This document shows, one piece after another, positions 21,250-31,561 of a DNA stretch of 64,000 nucleotides. The stretch is from an uncultured Leptospiraceae bacterium (lineage in GTDB: Bacteria > Spirochaetota > UBA4802 > JAGODF01), in NCBI GenBank assembly GCA_964627815.1, contig CAZVKE010000006.1, positions 212,705 to 276,704 of the forward strand, given 5' to 3'. How positions within the stretch are numbered: position 1 is the first letter of the stretch; each line of letters begins with the position of its first letter. Both the position numbers and the translations under genes were made by a program. The notes beneath the pieces were generated by a model that saw only the letters and a program-made list of their open reading frames with translations, had not been told where the DNA came from and made no database searches.

Positions 21250-21786
21250 ATGAAAACAGTCAACACCATCATTATTTCTGTCATTGGGGCAATCTGTCTG
21301 GCAACATCCATCCATGCCTCAGAGTTTAACACCGGCATAATCGACGAAATAAGAATCCAGGAGAAGGATCTCCCCAATAATTTTATGTTCGGAAAGATCC
21401 CGCGCTTCGCGCGCCCGGTGCTGAAAGATAATCCGTGGGCGATGGACCAGAAGGCGATCCGCACCCTGGCGGGAAAGATATACCCCGGAGGAGACCACAA
21501 TCGCATATCCGGCATTTACTCAACGATCATCGCCGAAAAACAGCATCCCTATGGTGATGATATAGTCTGTTATATCATTCTGTACAGAAACGCGTCAGCA
21601 GCCAAGGAAGAACAGAAAAAACTCAAAGGATACGCCGACATGAATCCGCTGAGAACACTTCTGCTGCAGAAGGATAATCTGGCTGTTTTCATGTTCGTAG
21701 ATGACGTAAAAAATATCGGCCGCCTTCGGGAGATGGAAAAGATCATACTGGAACGGCTTGAAAAAGCGTCATCCTCAAAGAAATAG
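21250..21786 (+). CDS. Secreted hypothetical protein
   Basis: Signal peptide (MKTVNTIIISVIGAICLATSIHA). 178 aa with no recognisable motifs. Confidence 0.5.
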   Translation: MKTVNTIIISVIGAICLATSIHASEFNTGIIDEIRIQEKDLPNNFMFGKIPRFARPVLKDNPWAMDQKAIRTLAGKIYPGGDHNRISGIYSTIIAEKQHPYGDDIVCYIILYRNASAAKEEQKKLKGYADMNPLRTLLLQKDNLAVFMFVDDVKNIGRLREMEKIILERLEKASSSKK

Positions 21787-21827
21787 CGATAAAGCCACCG
21801 CTGCGCTATTGCCGCGGGGAATGGCGA

Positions 21828-22232
21828 TCAATGGACATTTTTTTTCACAAGTATCTCTTCGATTTCGTCAGCCTTTGCCGCAATGTAGGTGAGCGATTTC
21901 ATGAACCGCTGCGGTTCGCAATCCTTGAGCAAAAGAGAATCCCGGAGAATCAGTGTGCCGTTGAGAAGGCTCAGCGACCCGTATACGAGGGTGGCGTTGA
22001 GCTGTAGAGCCCATTTATAAAGTTCATAAAAATCGTCTTTCAGTTTTGCAACAATGGAATAGTAGTTGATGATCCGATCGCCGGTTTCGTCCCGGGACAG
22101 GGTAATAAGCACCTCCTGGCTCCGGCCGTTGTCAAACTCGATATTGGTGGTGTAGACACTTTCATCGTCTTTGTGAAATTTTATTTTGAATTCCGCGGCG
22201 ATGGCGGCGATGAATCCATCAAACATTTCCAT
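21828..22232 (-). CDS. Hypothetical protein, YbjN-like (T3SS-chaperone-like fold) candidate
   Basis: 134 aa acidic protein whose pattern is reminiscent of the YbjN/putative sensory-transduction-regulator family. Weak assignment. Confidence 0.45.
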   Translation of the reverse strand: MEMFDGFIAAIAAEFKIKFHKDDESVYTTNIEFDNGRSQEVLITLSRDETGDRIINYYSIVAKLKDDFYELYKWALQLNATLVYGSLSLLNGTLILRDSLLLKDCEPQRFMKSLTYIAAKADEIEEILVKKNVH

Positions 22233-22304
22233 AAAAAACCTCTTTCCCGGTTATTCGAAGATTACAGCAACGGAAGAAAAATGTCGCATAACCGGAACAT
22301 TTAA

Positions 22305-23015
22305 TCAAGCTAAAAAATTCTTTACCGATTCAACCGGGATCGCACTGTGAAGATTTGCCGCTCGATCGGGATTTTCCGCGATAAACAACGCGACCTGACG
22401 TACAGCGGTTTCAGGGACAAATTCCCCGCCGGTTCTTTCGTCAGCGACAGAATTTCTGACGGCTGTTTCGATCTCACCGAGAGATACGGCAATTCTATCG
22501 CGTTTTGCCAAAAGGGTCTCCTCAATATCCGAAAATCGATCGGCCGTGACGGAATTACCCGAAAGAAGAGCATTCCCCGTTTCATGAAGCTGGTCTAATT
22601 CGCGCTGTGGTCCGGGAATCTCCATTGCTGTTTCGCCGCCCGGCACCAGTGCCGGCGTAATAACCGGCGAGGCATTCGCTACCGGCGCTGTCGTCATGGT
22701 CGCCTTGATCTCGGACATGATCTGCGCAACTTCATGGTAATTTGTCTTCCCGGCAACCATAGCCTCCCCGGCCATATTCCTGAGCCGTGACGTGATCTCG
22801 AGAGCCCGGTGAATGAGCGCCTGTGCTGTTTGCGCGAGAGAAAGCGCATTAGAGAGATTTCGGAAATTCTGGATTGAAGAAGCCTGAATCTGGACCGGTT
22901 GCTGCGCTGAAGCGGCCGTGTGGGTCATTTCCGTATGTGCTCTGACTTCGGCACCCTGCGCCGCCGCCCTCGCGCGCGCGGGAACCTGATCGGATAAATT
23001 TGGTTGTATCCTCAT
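22305..23015 (-). CDS. Hypothetical protein with flagellin-like N- and C-terminal helical motifs
   Basis: The segment NALSLAQTAQALIHRALEITSRLRNMAGEA resembles the flagellin/hook-associated N-terminal helix (IQVAEGALNE..LQRMREL). The C-terminal LAKRDRIAVSLGEIETAVRN resembles the flagellin C-helix. Speculative. Confidence 0.45.
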   Translation of the reverse strand: MRIQPNLSDQVPARARAAAQGAEVRAHTEMTHTAASAQQPVQIQASSIQNFRNLSNALSLAQTAQALIHRALEITSRLRNMAGEAMVAGKTNYHEVAQIMSEIKATMTTAPVANASPVITPALVPGGETAMEIPGPQRELDQLHETGNALLSGNSVTADRFSDIEETLLAKRDRIAVSLGEIETAVRNSVADERTGGEFVPETAVRQVALFIAENPDRAANLHSAIPVESVKNFLA

Positions 23016-23111
23016 CGCTTAGATCCCTCCCTGAATCTGCAATTAAGATACTACCATATCCCCCCATGCTGTCAACCAATTAGTGAGGATTACCGCGGAG
23101 AATCCTTTAAT

Positions 23112-24596
23112 TCAACGTTTCATTTTCCCGGCGGCTTTAAGCACCCCTTTTTTTGTTGTGGTAAGCTTGCTGTTGTGCCGGCTGTAGGTAAAATATATGA
23201 TAAGGCCGAGCGCCATCCACGCCATAAGGCGAATCCATGTGTCGAGGGGAAGGGCGGCCATCTGGGCAAATGATACAAGTGCACCCAGAATTGGGATGAA
23301 GGGGACAAAAGGCGTCTTGAATGCCCTCGGCAGATCGGGCCGCGTGTAACGGAGCACGATAACGCCAATACATACGATGACGAAGGCGAAGAGCGTACCG
23401 ATGGAAACAAGTTCTCCGAGAAGGCCGATCGGGAAAAGCCCCGCCATGATCATCGCGAAAACGCCGGTAATGATCGTGGTGACATACGGCGTTTTAAAGC
23501 GCGGGTGTACTTTTGAGAATTTTTCAGGCAGGAGCCCGTCTTTCGCCATAGAGTAGAATATTCTCGGCTGTCCCATGAGGAGCACGAGAACCACGGAACT
23601 GATACCGACGATGGCACCAAGCTTTATAACAGGCCGCAGCCAGAAGAGCGAGGGACCGGCGGAATTGACGCCAACAGCGATCGGGTCCGGAACGCCGAGG
23701 TGCGTATACTTGACCATGCCAGTAAGCACAAACGACACCAGCACGAACAGCACCGTGGAAAAGCCGAGCGAGCCCAGTATTCCGATAGGCATGGTCCGTT
23801 TCGGATCTTTGACCTCCTGCGCGGCGGTCGATACGGCGTCAAATCCGATATAAGAAAAAAAGATCACGCCCGCGCCGCGGAGAAGACCGCTCCACCCGAA
23901 ATGTCCGAACATACCGGTATTGTCGGGAATGAACGGCCGGAGATTGTCCATCCTTACATAAAATATACCAAAGCCGATGAAGAGGAGTATCACCCCGACC
24001 TTGATGAACACAATCACGTTGTTAAAGTGCGCGGATTCCTTTATCCCTATGACCAGGAGTATTGTCATGAGAAGCACGATAAAGACCGCAGGAAGATTGA
24101 CCAGAGCCCCCGTCGCGTGAAGACCGTGTATGGGGTCCTGGGCAAAAGGGGCGCTCGCAAGTTTCTGTGGGATATGAATGCCCAGGTCGCGGAAAAAACT
24201 CACCACATAGCCCGACCAGCCAACCGCGACCGTTGACGCGCCGAAAAGGTATTCTAAAATGAGGTCCCAGCCGATGATCCATGCGATGAATTCGCCCAGT
24301 GTGGCATAGGCATACGTATAGGCGCTGCCGGCTATAGGGATCATCGAGGAAAACTCCGCGTAGCAGAGGCCGGCAAGCGCGCAGGCAAAGGCCGATATCA
24401 GGAACGATATCACAATACCGGGACCCGTGTACTGTGCCGCCACCTGGCCGGTCAGGACAAAAATGCCCGCTCCGATAATCCCCCCGATGCCGAGCAAGGT
24501 GAGGTGGATGGGGCCGAGTGCTCGATGCAGGTGGTCGCTCGTGTGAGCTTCGTGTATCAGTTCGTGGATCGGTTTGCGGGGTGATCGTTTAATCAT
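23112..24596 (-). CDS. APC-family amino-acid permease
   Basis: 12-TM transporter. Start at MIKRSP (24596) with a GAGGAAG RBS. The C-terminal cytoplasmic tail is typical of the CAT/APC subfamily. Confidence 0.85.
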   Translation of the reverse strand: MIKRSPRKPIHELIHEAHTSDHLHRALGPIHLTLLGIGGIIGAGIFVLTGQVAAQYTGPGIVISFLISAFACALAGLCYAEFSSMIPIAGSAYTYAYATLGEFIAWIIGWDLILEYLFGASTVAVGWSGYVVSFFRDLGIHIPQKLASAPFAQDPIHGLHATGALVNLPAVFIVLLMTILLVIGIKESAHFNNVIVFIKVGVILLFIGFGIFYVRMDNLRPFIPDNTGMFGHFGWSGLLRGAGVIFFSYIGFDAVSTAAQEVKDPKRTMPIGILGSLGFSTVLFVLVSFVLTGMVKYTHLGVPDPIAVGVNSAGPSLFWLRPVIKLGAIVGISSVVLVLLMGQPRIFYSMAKDGLLPEKFSKVHPRFKTPYVTTIITGVFAMIMAGLFPIGLLGELVSIGTLFAFVIVCIGVIVLRYTRPDLPRAFKTPFVPFIPILGALVSFAQMAALPLDTWIRLMAWMALGLIIYFTYSRHNSKLTTTKKGVLKAAGKMKR

Positions 24597-24801
24597 CGCT
24601 TCCTCAATTGAGGTCAAATAGGATTTTCCTGCCGCGGCATGATCACCGTAGATAAAGCCGCGCGCACGTGATGTCAAGGCTTTTCATGGTTTTAAAAAGA
24701 GGTGAAGCAAATATTTGTCTTGAATTCAGCGTTTCTTTATCACACATTAATAATATCGCAGTCTACTATCAGACTATTCCATTCCGCTTCGACGAGGACT
24801 T

Positions 24802-25008
24802 ATGATAAAACGATTTTGGGCGTTACTGCTTATCGCCGTTATAACAATTGGTGCGTCGGCAGGGTGTAAAAAGAAAACCGCAAACAAAGTACCGATCGAT
24901 CAGATTAATCCCGACGGCTCCACGAACTATGAGTACCTGTTTCAGAACTCAATCGAAGAAGAGAAGAAGCGGGATGAGCGGCTCCGGAAGAACCCTTTCA
25001 GGGAATAG
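24802..25008 (+). CDS. Small putative lipoprotein
   Basis: 68 aa. Signal peptide ending in ASAGC (lipobox-like), followed by a charged tail. Confidence 0.4.
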   Translation: MIKRFWALLLIAVITIGASAGCKKKTANKVPIDQINPDGSTNYEYLFQNSIEEEKKRDERLRKNPFRE

Positions 25009-25017
25009 CGAAATAAG

Positions 25018-26478
25018 TCAGTCAACCAGGACGATTGAATCCGGAATTTTATACGCGCAGATGTGCTCGCGGCACCACGCGCGAAAAGAACTCTCGTCAA
25101 GCTGATGCCCCTTTCGTCGGTATACAGTTGCATCGAGCCGTTCGGAAAAAGTGTTATCCGCCTCATTGCGGACCGAAACCTGGTTAACCGTCACCCTGTC
25201 AACAGAAGGATGTCTGGAAAGAATGCGTGTTACTTCAGCCGGATACACATTAAATCCGTTACGGATTATCATTTTTTTCAGCCGGCCTTTAATGAAATAG
25301 TAGCCGTTTTCATCTTTCACGCCCACGTCGCCGGTATGGATCCATCCATCCTCAAAAATTCTGCGCGCGGCATCGTCCTGGCGATAATAACCGGAGATAA
25401 CATTCATCCCCTTTACCATGATCTCGCCCGGCCCTTTATCGGTCACCTCATTTGTGGACCGGTCTACAAGCTTTACCTGGTTATACGGCATCGGTGTTCC
25501 GATAGAGCCGAAAACATTCGGCCTTTCAAGCATGTTCCAGGTAACGATCGGGGATGCCTCGGTAAGACCATACCCCTGCCGGATGTCAATATCGTACCGC
25601 TCTTTGAAATCCCTCTGCAGGCCGATAGAAACCGCCTCTCCGCCGGATATCCACGCTCTCACCTTATTGAAAGCCGCTCCGTCCGGAATCACCCGTTCGA
25701 GCAGCTCAAACATTTTCGGTACGCCGGGAAAAATGGAAACATTGCCGCCCTGGAGGAGGTCGCAAACTGTTTTTGGGGAAAATCTGTCGATAAGATAAAA
25801 AGGCGTCATATTGAAAAGCGGAATGAACAACGTGGTCGTGAGCCCGAACGAATGAAACAGCGGAAGTGCCGCGAGAAATGCGTCGTCGCTGCTGAAGAGA
25901 AACCGGCTCGCGGCCGCGGAGGTTTCAAGGATGGCCCGATGGGTGATAAGCGCGCCGAGAGGAGTTCCCGACATGGCCGCGGTATAAATTATAACAGCCG
26001 GATGCCGATCATCGAGCGCCTCAACCGCCTGATTCTGTTTTCCGCGCGCCTTGATATCCATGAGCGATAATCCGCTTTCACTTTCATCGGAAAAAATTAC
26101 CCTTTCAGGATCTATGATCGGTGTTGCGTCGATGAAATAATTCACCATCCCGGCGCCTGTAGTGACCGCAAGCTTCGGTTCAGTTTCTTCAATCAGGTGC
26201 TGCAGTTCAAAGGCGCGGTATGCCGGATTTGAGAGTACTGATATCGCACCACGCTGGGCGGCCGCGAGAAGCACATAGATGAATTCGGGGATGTTCCCGA
26301 TATTGAGGAGGATCCTGTCGCCGGGGCCGATTCCTCTTTCGGCAAGAAAAGAAGAAATAGTCTGCACACTTTCAATGGCGTCCCGGTACGATATTTTCCT
26401 GTTCCGGTATATGAAAAAAGTCCCTTCCGGATTTTCTTCCGCCGCTTTGAGAATTAGTGTGTATAAATTATTTACCAT
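25018..26478 (-). CDS. AMP-dependent synthetase/ligase (acyl-CoA synthetase family)
   Basis: AMP-binding motif region (YTAAMSGTPLGALITH), ligase core (...GYGLTE...) and C-terminal domain. Start taken at MVNNLYT (26478). Confidence 0.8.
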   Translation of the reverse strand: MVNNLYTLILKAAEENPEGTFFIYRNRKISYRDAIESVQTISSFLAERGIGPGDRILLNIGNIPEFIYVLLAAAQRGAISVLSNPAYRAFELQHLIEETEPKLAVTTGAGMVNYFIDATPIIDPERVIFSDESESGLSLMDIKARGKQNQAVEALDDRHPAVIIYTAAMSGTPLGALITHRAILETSAAASRFLFSSDDAFLAALPLFHSFGLTTTLFIPLFNMTPFYLIDRFSPKTVCDLLQGGNVSIFPGVPKMFELLERVIPDGAAFNKVRAWISGGEAVSIGLQRDFKERYDIDIRQGYGLTEASPIVTWNMLERPNVFGSIGTPMPYNQVKLVDRSTNEVTDKGPGEIMVKGMNVISGYYRQDDAARRIFEDGWIHTGDVGVKDENGYYFIKGRLKKMIIRNGFNVYPAEVTRILSRHPSVDRVTVNQVSVRNEADNTFSERLDATVYRRKGHQLDESSFRAWCREHICAYKIPDSIVLVD

Positions 26479-26704
26479 GTAATCATTTGACGCATCACAG
26501 ATGCGTATATAATCATATTTTTGTGACCCGTCTATCGCGATCAAATACAATTCATTTTTTAAAGACGCGTCAAATACTTTTTATTGATACATCTGACAGG
26601 GCGTAACGCTCTCGAGTTATACATAAGGTTTTTTTCTTGAAAAATTAAGGTTTAAGCTATACGACTTGAATTGATCCTCCTCTAATAATAAAGGTGAAAA
26701 AGAG

Positions 26705-28636
26705 ATGGCGCCCCAGGAAAGTAACGCGAAAAAAATCGAGAGAAAAGCTAAATCGCTTCTTTTAGATAAGGACATACCGGCCTCAAAGATGGAAATCGTC
26801 CGTTCACTCATGCAGAACAGCTCGCTTGTTGCCGAAGAGAAATATCGTGCCATTATCGAGCTGATCCAGTCATGTCCGGATAAACCACGCAGCACTCCCC
26901 GTCCCTCGAATATCGAAGTAAGAGGTCGCTTGAAGCGTCAGGCTCCGCCGGTACAAAAGCCTGAGCCCGTCGCACTTCCTGCAGGAGCAGGAACTCATCT
27001 CAGTGAAATAATAGGTAAATACAAGAAGCTCAGGCTTTTTAAAAAAAGATATCTTATTAATTCGGACAACCGTTTCGGTATCAGCTTCAGGAAGCGACTC
27101 GTCCCCGCAAAACGTTTCTTTGACGCAGTTGAAGTGATCGGAAACCACCAGGAAGCTCTCCTTGAGAACTATTCCGCAATACTCATAGAGATTTTAAAAG
27201 ACGATTCAATCGAAGACCCCATGCTCTTTAATCATCTCACCGCCATCAAACCGCTATTTACCTCGTTTCCGCTCGAAAAGTACAGCCTTGGTACGGTAAA
27301 ATGGATGGACCGGCGGGATTTCGAAATTGAGCTTCGGGACTATGTCAGGTTGTTTTTTTCAATTCGGTTTCTTGACGCCGAAATCAAGGAGCAGATGCTT
27401 GCTCTTGTTGACCAGAAACTGCGGGCCATCGAAGGATTCAACAAAAGTATAATAAATGAAAAAGATTCTTCGCTAACAAAAGCTGAAAAAGAAAAACAGA
27501 ATCTCAATAGAGATAGAAAGGCGTTTGATTATCTCCTCATTATGAGGAGTTTTATATCCGCCGGACCCGAAACCGATAATGCCCTCTCGCGCGTATTCTC
27601 ATCAAAATTTGGCATACCCTCGCTCTCTTCTTTTCTGATAATACTCCTTGAGGCGCTTGTTTTCCAGTGCGAAATGACGATCGACGATATAAAGGACTAT
27701 TTCCGTATATCCCCGCCCGCACCAAACAGTGAACGGTGGAACTACAGCATCGACATCCTCCGCCAGTTCGGCAAAGACCCTGAATCCCGCAAGAAACGTC
27801 GCATCATGGATCTGAGAAAAAGGCTGGAGCAATACGAGGACATTTATATATTTCTTAAATTCGAAACAAACGGGCGCAATATACTGGAAAAATGTTTTGA
27901 TGAACAGTGGCGCATTGTGGATAAAAAACGCCAGGATTCGTCCGCCGTATACGAGGAAGATTTCTTTTCTTTCATTGATGGGTGCGTCCATTACTTCAAC
28001 AATGCCTGGATGCCGCTTCTTGACGGGTCAATTATCACTTTTGAGGAAAGCAACGGCAGAACGGTCGAAGGCAGACTGTTCTCGAAGAACTATTTTGAAC
28101 GAGACCGGCAAACCCTCGATGACATCCTTGCTGAAATTTATTATTTTCGCACGAACAATCCGAACATGGTTATCAGCCTCCAGGAAGCTCGCCGGGTATT
28201 GAAAGGCTCCATAAAAACGCTTGCGCATATCGAGGTGTTTCTCAAAAGGATCGGGGGCCTCTTCTTCGCGGTAGGGACAGAGCTTCACCGGATCTATGAC
28301 CTGCATCGCATCTGGGCGCGCCTCGGCAATTCTCTCTCGGACAGCAAACTTATCCGCATTCCTTTAACGGACCGGGGATCTCTTGATGATAAAGAAACGA
28401 ACGGGCACCCGATCCCGTTTTATGATTGCAGGATAAAAAGCTTTCAGGAACCATCACCCCTGATGAAAACGCTGGCCGGTTCAGGAATCATTAACGCGGA
28501 TTTTAACGAAGGGGTAATCGTGAATATCATCGCGTTCTGCTATCAGCTTGCGTACCAGTGCCAGGACGACAGCCTCTCCCGTGACCTTGACACAAGAAAA
28601 TCAATTATCGCGGAAATCAAAGATCTTACAGGATAG
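26705..28636 (+). CDS. Large uncharacterised cytoplasmic protein (643 aa)
   Basis: Long ORF with consistent coding character, no recognisable motifs and no TM segments. Confidence 0.6.
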   Translation: MAPQESNAKKIERKAKSLLLDKDIPASKMEIVRSLMQNSSLVAEEKYRAIIELIQSCPDKPRSTPRPSNIEVRGRLKRQAPPVQKPEPVALPAGAGTHLSEIIGKYKKLRLFKKRYLINSDNRFGISFRKRLVPAKRFFDAVEVIGNHQEALLENYSAILIEILKDDSIEDPMLFNHLTAIKPLFTSFPLEKYSLGTVKWMDRRDFEIELRDYVRLFFSIRFLDAEIKEQMLALVDQKLRAIEGFNKSIINEKDSSLTKAEKEKQNLNRDRKAFDYLLIMRSFISAGPETDNALSRVFSSKFGIPSLSSFLIILLEALVFQCEMTIDDIKDYFRISPPAPNSERWNYSIDILRQFGKDPESRKKRRIMDLRKRLEQYEDIYIFLKFETNGRNILEKCFDEQWRIVDKKRQDSSAVYEEDFFSFIDGCVHYFNNAWMPLLDGSIITFEESNGRTVEGRLFSKNYFERDRQTLDDILAEIYYFRTNNPNMVISLQEARRVLKGSIKTLAHIEVFLKRIGGLFFAVGTELHRIYDLHRIWARLGNSLSDSKLIRIPLTDRGSLDDKETNGHPIPFYDCRIKSFQEPSPLMKTLAGSGIINADFNEGVIVNIIAFCYQLAYQCQDDSLSRDLDTRKSIIAEIKDLTG

Positions 28637-28641
28637 CGGCA

Positions 28642-29865
28642 GTGAAGCAATTTCTGACAGTATTAATTCTGTGCGCCTTTATTTTCTTCATTCCTTCCGG
28701 GTCGCGAGGAGAGGGGACCGCGCCAAAACCTGTCGCAGTCGTACCGGGCCAGTACGACAAGATCGAGGGGATTCTCGATTTCTACCGGATCCCTTACGAA
28801 CGCCTCTCGTACCGGGATCTCGATAAAAGGGAAGTATTTCCGAAATACCGCGCGATATTTCTTCCCTGTGGTGTAAAAAAAGCTCCGGAAGATAACATTT
28901 CAGTGTCTGCCCAGGGGTGGAGCATACAGAACGTAATCCTCAAGCAGGATTACGACAATGTTGATACAGACCGCGTAATCGAACACCTCTACTCGTTTAT
29001 TAACGATGGAGGTTCGGCCTATATCTCCGATTACTCCTATTTTCTTCTTCAGGGAGATTATAAACCTTTCTCCTTTTTTGACGGCTTTCCCAATATGGGA
29101 ATATCGGGAAGTTTTCCGGCCCGCCTTGAAGGCACGCTGCGGGATTTCTGCAACATTGAATCCGTTCCCGTTTCATTCTCCCATTCAGGGTGGATCGCAT
29201 TAAAGACAATCGGCAACGCGCAGATTCTTGCCGAGGGTGAATTGAAAACGGCCGGTGGAGATCGGAAAGGTCCGCTTATCGCCCACATGGAATGGGGCAG
29301 AGGCGATGCGATCTACACGAGTTTCCATTCCGGCGAACCTGGAAATCCGCTCATGCGCTTCATCATTTACCGGCTATGCTTCCGCTACCTTCTCGACCGC
29401 CAGCAGGATGATATATACCGGTGGGAACAGCGGATCAACGGCAGCATTATAGACGCGGTCCATACAGGAGAAAGCTCGCGGAGCTATTCCGTCCTGATAC
29501 GAAAGGGGGCAAACAGCATTTCATTCCTTTCAGAAGGAGGGCTGTTTCAGATTGACCTTTTCGACCCGCAGAACGGCCTGCTCATTTCATCCGACCGCCC
29601 TGACCGCTCCTTTATCCTTGAAGTGCGCCTTCCCGAGGACCGGCGCTGCGTTCTTCGGATATATCCATCTCACGGTGCGTATCACGCTCCTTACGCGATC
29701 ACCGTAGCGTCGGGAACCAGGTTTCTCCCCCATTTTTCGAAGATTATTTATCTTTCAGCCTTCATATTTGCTTTGACAATTATCATACTGCTGGTGAAGC
29801 TGTTAAACCCGAAGCGGACACCCGGTCGTCTGTATCACACGTTCGACAGATTCAAAACCCGGTAA
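28642..29865 (+). CDS. Uncharacterised secreted protein with C-terminal membrane anchor (407 aa)
   Basis: Signal peptide plus a C-terminal TM helix (IIYLSAFIFALTIIILLV). The alternating beta/alpha pattern (AVVPG.., AIFLPCG.., DGGSAYISD) faintly resembles a GATase1/ThuA-like fold. Confidence 0.55.
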   Translation: MKQFLTVLILCAFIFFIPSGSRGEGTAPKPVAVVPGQYDKIEGILDFYRIPYERLSYRDLDKREVFPKYRAIFLPCGVKKAPEDNISVSAQGWSIQNVILKQDYDNVDTDRVIEHLYSFINDGGSAYISDYSYFLLQGDYKPFSFFDGFPNMGISGSFPARLEGTLRDFCNIESVPVSFSHSGWIALKTIGNAQILAEGELKTAGGDRKGPLIAHMEWGRGDAIYTSFHSGEPGNPLMRFIIYRLCFRYLLDRQQDDIYRWEQRINGSIIDAVHTGESSRSYSVLIRKGANSISFLSEGGLFQIDLFDPQNGLLISSDRPDRSFILEVRLPEDRRCVLRIYPSHGAYHAPYAITVASGTRFLPHFSKIIYLSAFIFALTIIILLVKLLNPKRTPGRLYHTFDRFKTR

Positions 29866-29887
29866 TCCCCCTGACCTGGAGTACAAG

Positions 29888-30649
29888 ATGGGCAGAGTAA
29901 TATCCATATCCAACCAGAAAGGCGGCGTGGGCAAGACCACGACCACGATCAATGTCGCCGCGTTCCTCGCCGAAAAAGGAAAGCGCGTCCTGATCATTGA
30001 TATCGATCCCCAGGCCAACTCAGGCTACGGCATAGGCATCAACGTCGAGGAGATGGACAGCACCATTTACGAGGTGCTGATCGAGAAGATCAAGATGAAG
30101 GACGCCATTTACAAGAGCGAGATAGAGAACCTCTATATCTCACCCTCGAACATTCACCTCTCCGGCGCGCAGATCGATCTTCTCTACATCGACAACAAGG
30201 AGTTCATTCTCCGGAAGGCGATCAACACCATCAAGGACGACTTCGATTATATTTTCATCGACTGCCCGCCGTCGCTCGGCATCCTTACGCTCAACAGCCT
30301 CGTCGCCGCCGACACGGTGCTCATCCCGCTGCAGTGCGAGTATTACGCGCTTGAAGGGTTGAGCCAGCTTCTGAAGATCATCGCGATGGTGCAGGAGAAG
30401 CTTAACAAGAACCTCCGCATCGAGGGTGTGCTGCTTACGATGTTTGATTCACGCACCAATCTTTCACAGCAGGTGGTGTCGGATATAAGGGCGCACTTCA
30501 AAGACAAGGTGTTCGAGACCATCATTCCCCGTAATGTGAAACTCTCCGAAGCGCCGTCGTTCGGCAAGCCGATCGGACATTACGACCGCCACTGCATCGG
30601 CAGTGAAAGCTACGAAAAACTCGCGGAAGAGGTAATAAACAATGGCTAA
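29888..30649 (+). CDS. parA: Chromosome partitioning ATPase ParA/Soj
   Basis: Deviant Walker A KGGVGKTT. 253 aa with canonical Soj length and motifs. Confidence 0.9.
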   Translation: MGRVISISNQKGGVGKTTTTINVAAFLAEKGKRVLIIDIDPQANSGYGIGINVEEMDSTIYEVLIEKIKMKDAIYKSEIENLYISPSNIHLSGAQIDLLYIDNKEFILRKAINTIKDDFDYIFIDCPPSLGILTLNSLVAADTVLIPLQCEYYALEGLSQLLKIIAMVQEKLNKNLRIEGVLLTMFDSRTNLSQQVVSDIRAHFKDKVFETIIPRNVKLSEAPSFGKPIGHYDRHCIGSESYEKLAEEVINNG

Positions 30650-31508
30650 AAGGGTGCTGGGTAAGGGACTTGACGCGATTATCGCGGCATCGGCCACTCC
30701 CGTCGAGGATCTCGAGAAGGAATTCATTGCCGACCGTGACCGTATCGTGGAGCTTGATGCCGATCTTATCAAACCGAATCCGGATCAGCCGCGCACCCGC
30801 TTCGATAAAGAGGAGATCCTTTCGCTCGCGGAGTCGATAAAAAGCGTTGGACTTCTCCAGCCCATTATCGTTAGAAAATCGGGAAGCGAGTACTTCGTAA
30901 TCGCAGGTGAACGCAGGCTGCGCGCCTCGAAGATCGCCGGCGTAAAGAAAATACGCTGCATCATCATGGAGGCCAACGAGGAGGAAAACCTCACCTTCGC
31001 GCTTATCGAAAACATCCAGCGCTCCAATCTCGACCCGATCGAGGAAGCGAAAGCCTACCAGGTGCTCATAAACAGGTTCAAGCTCAAACAGCAGGACATA
31101 GCGGAGAAAGTCGGAAAAGACCGCACGACCGTTGCCAACACCCTGCGCCTTCTCAACCTCCCTGAAGAAATCCAGGCCGGCATTTCCGCGGGCGCCATCA
31201 CATCGGGTCACGCCAAAGCGCTTCTTTCGCTCTCCAAAAAGCAGCAGCTTTCGGTGTACCGCGAAATCGTCGAAAAAGGATTATCGGTGAGGGTCGTTGA
31301 GCGGATGGGTGAAACGGGGGAAGAAGACCAGTCATCACCGGCAAAAAAAGCAGCCTCGAAAAACGCACATGTCCGCGAGATGGAAGGAAAACTCGTTTCG
31401 CTCCTCGGCACCAAGGTCGAAATCAAGCATTCAAAAGACAAGGGGCAGATCGTCATTCACTACTATTCGCTGGATGATTTTGAACGGATACTTGAGCTGA
31501 TGATGTAG
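30642..31508 (+). CDS. parB: Chromosome partitioning protein ParB/Spo0J
   Basis: GERRLRAS ParB box and an HTH region. It overlaps parA by 8 nt. Confidence 0.9.
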   Translation: MAKRVLGKGLDAIIAASATPVEDLEKEFIADRDRIVELDADLIKPNPDQPRTRFDKEEILSLAESIKSVGLLQPIIVRKSGSEYFVIAGERRLRASKIAGVKKIRCIIMEANEEENLTFALIENIQRSNLDPIEEAKAYQVLINRFKLKQQDIAEKVGKDRTTVANTLRLLNLPEEIQAGISAGAITSGHAKALLSLSKKQQLSVYREIVEKGLSVRVVERMGETGEEDQSSPAKKAASKNAHVREMEGKLVSLLGTKVEIKHSKDKGQIVIHYYSLDDFERILELMM

Positions 31509-31561
31509 CCGGTCAGGCTCTGACCCGGATTTCGGATCAGAGCCTGTTGCCCGGATTCGGG

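Noticed and set aside
25063-26070. 335-aa plus-strand ORF
   Set aside because: Antisense to the acyl-CoA ligase gene.
29888-31508. A parS site in or next to parB
   Set aside because: I found only half-site matches to TGTTTCACGTGAAACA by eye. No palindromic parS could be supported without a computational scan.
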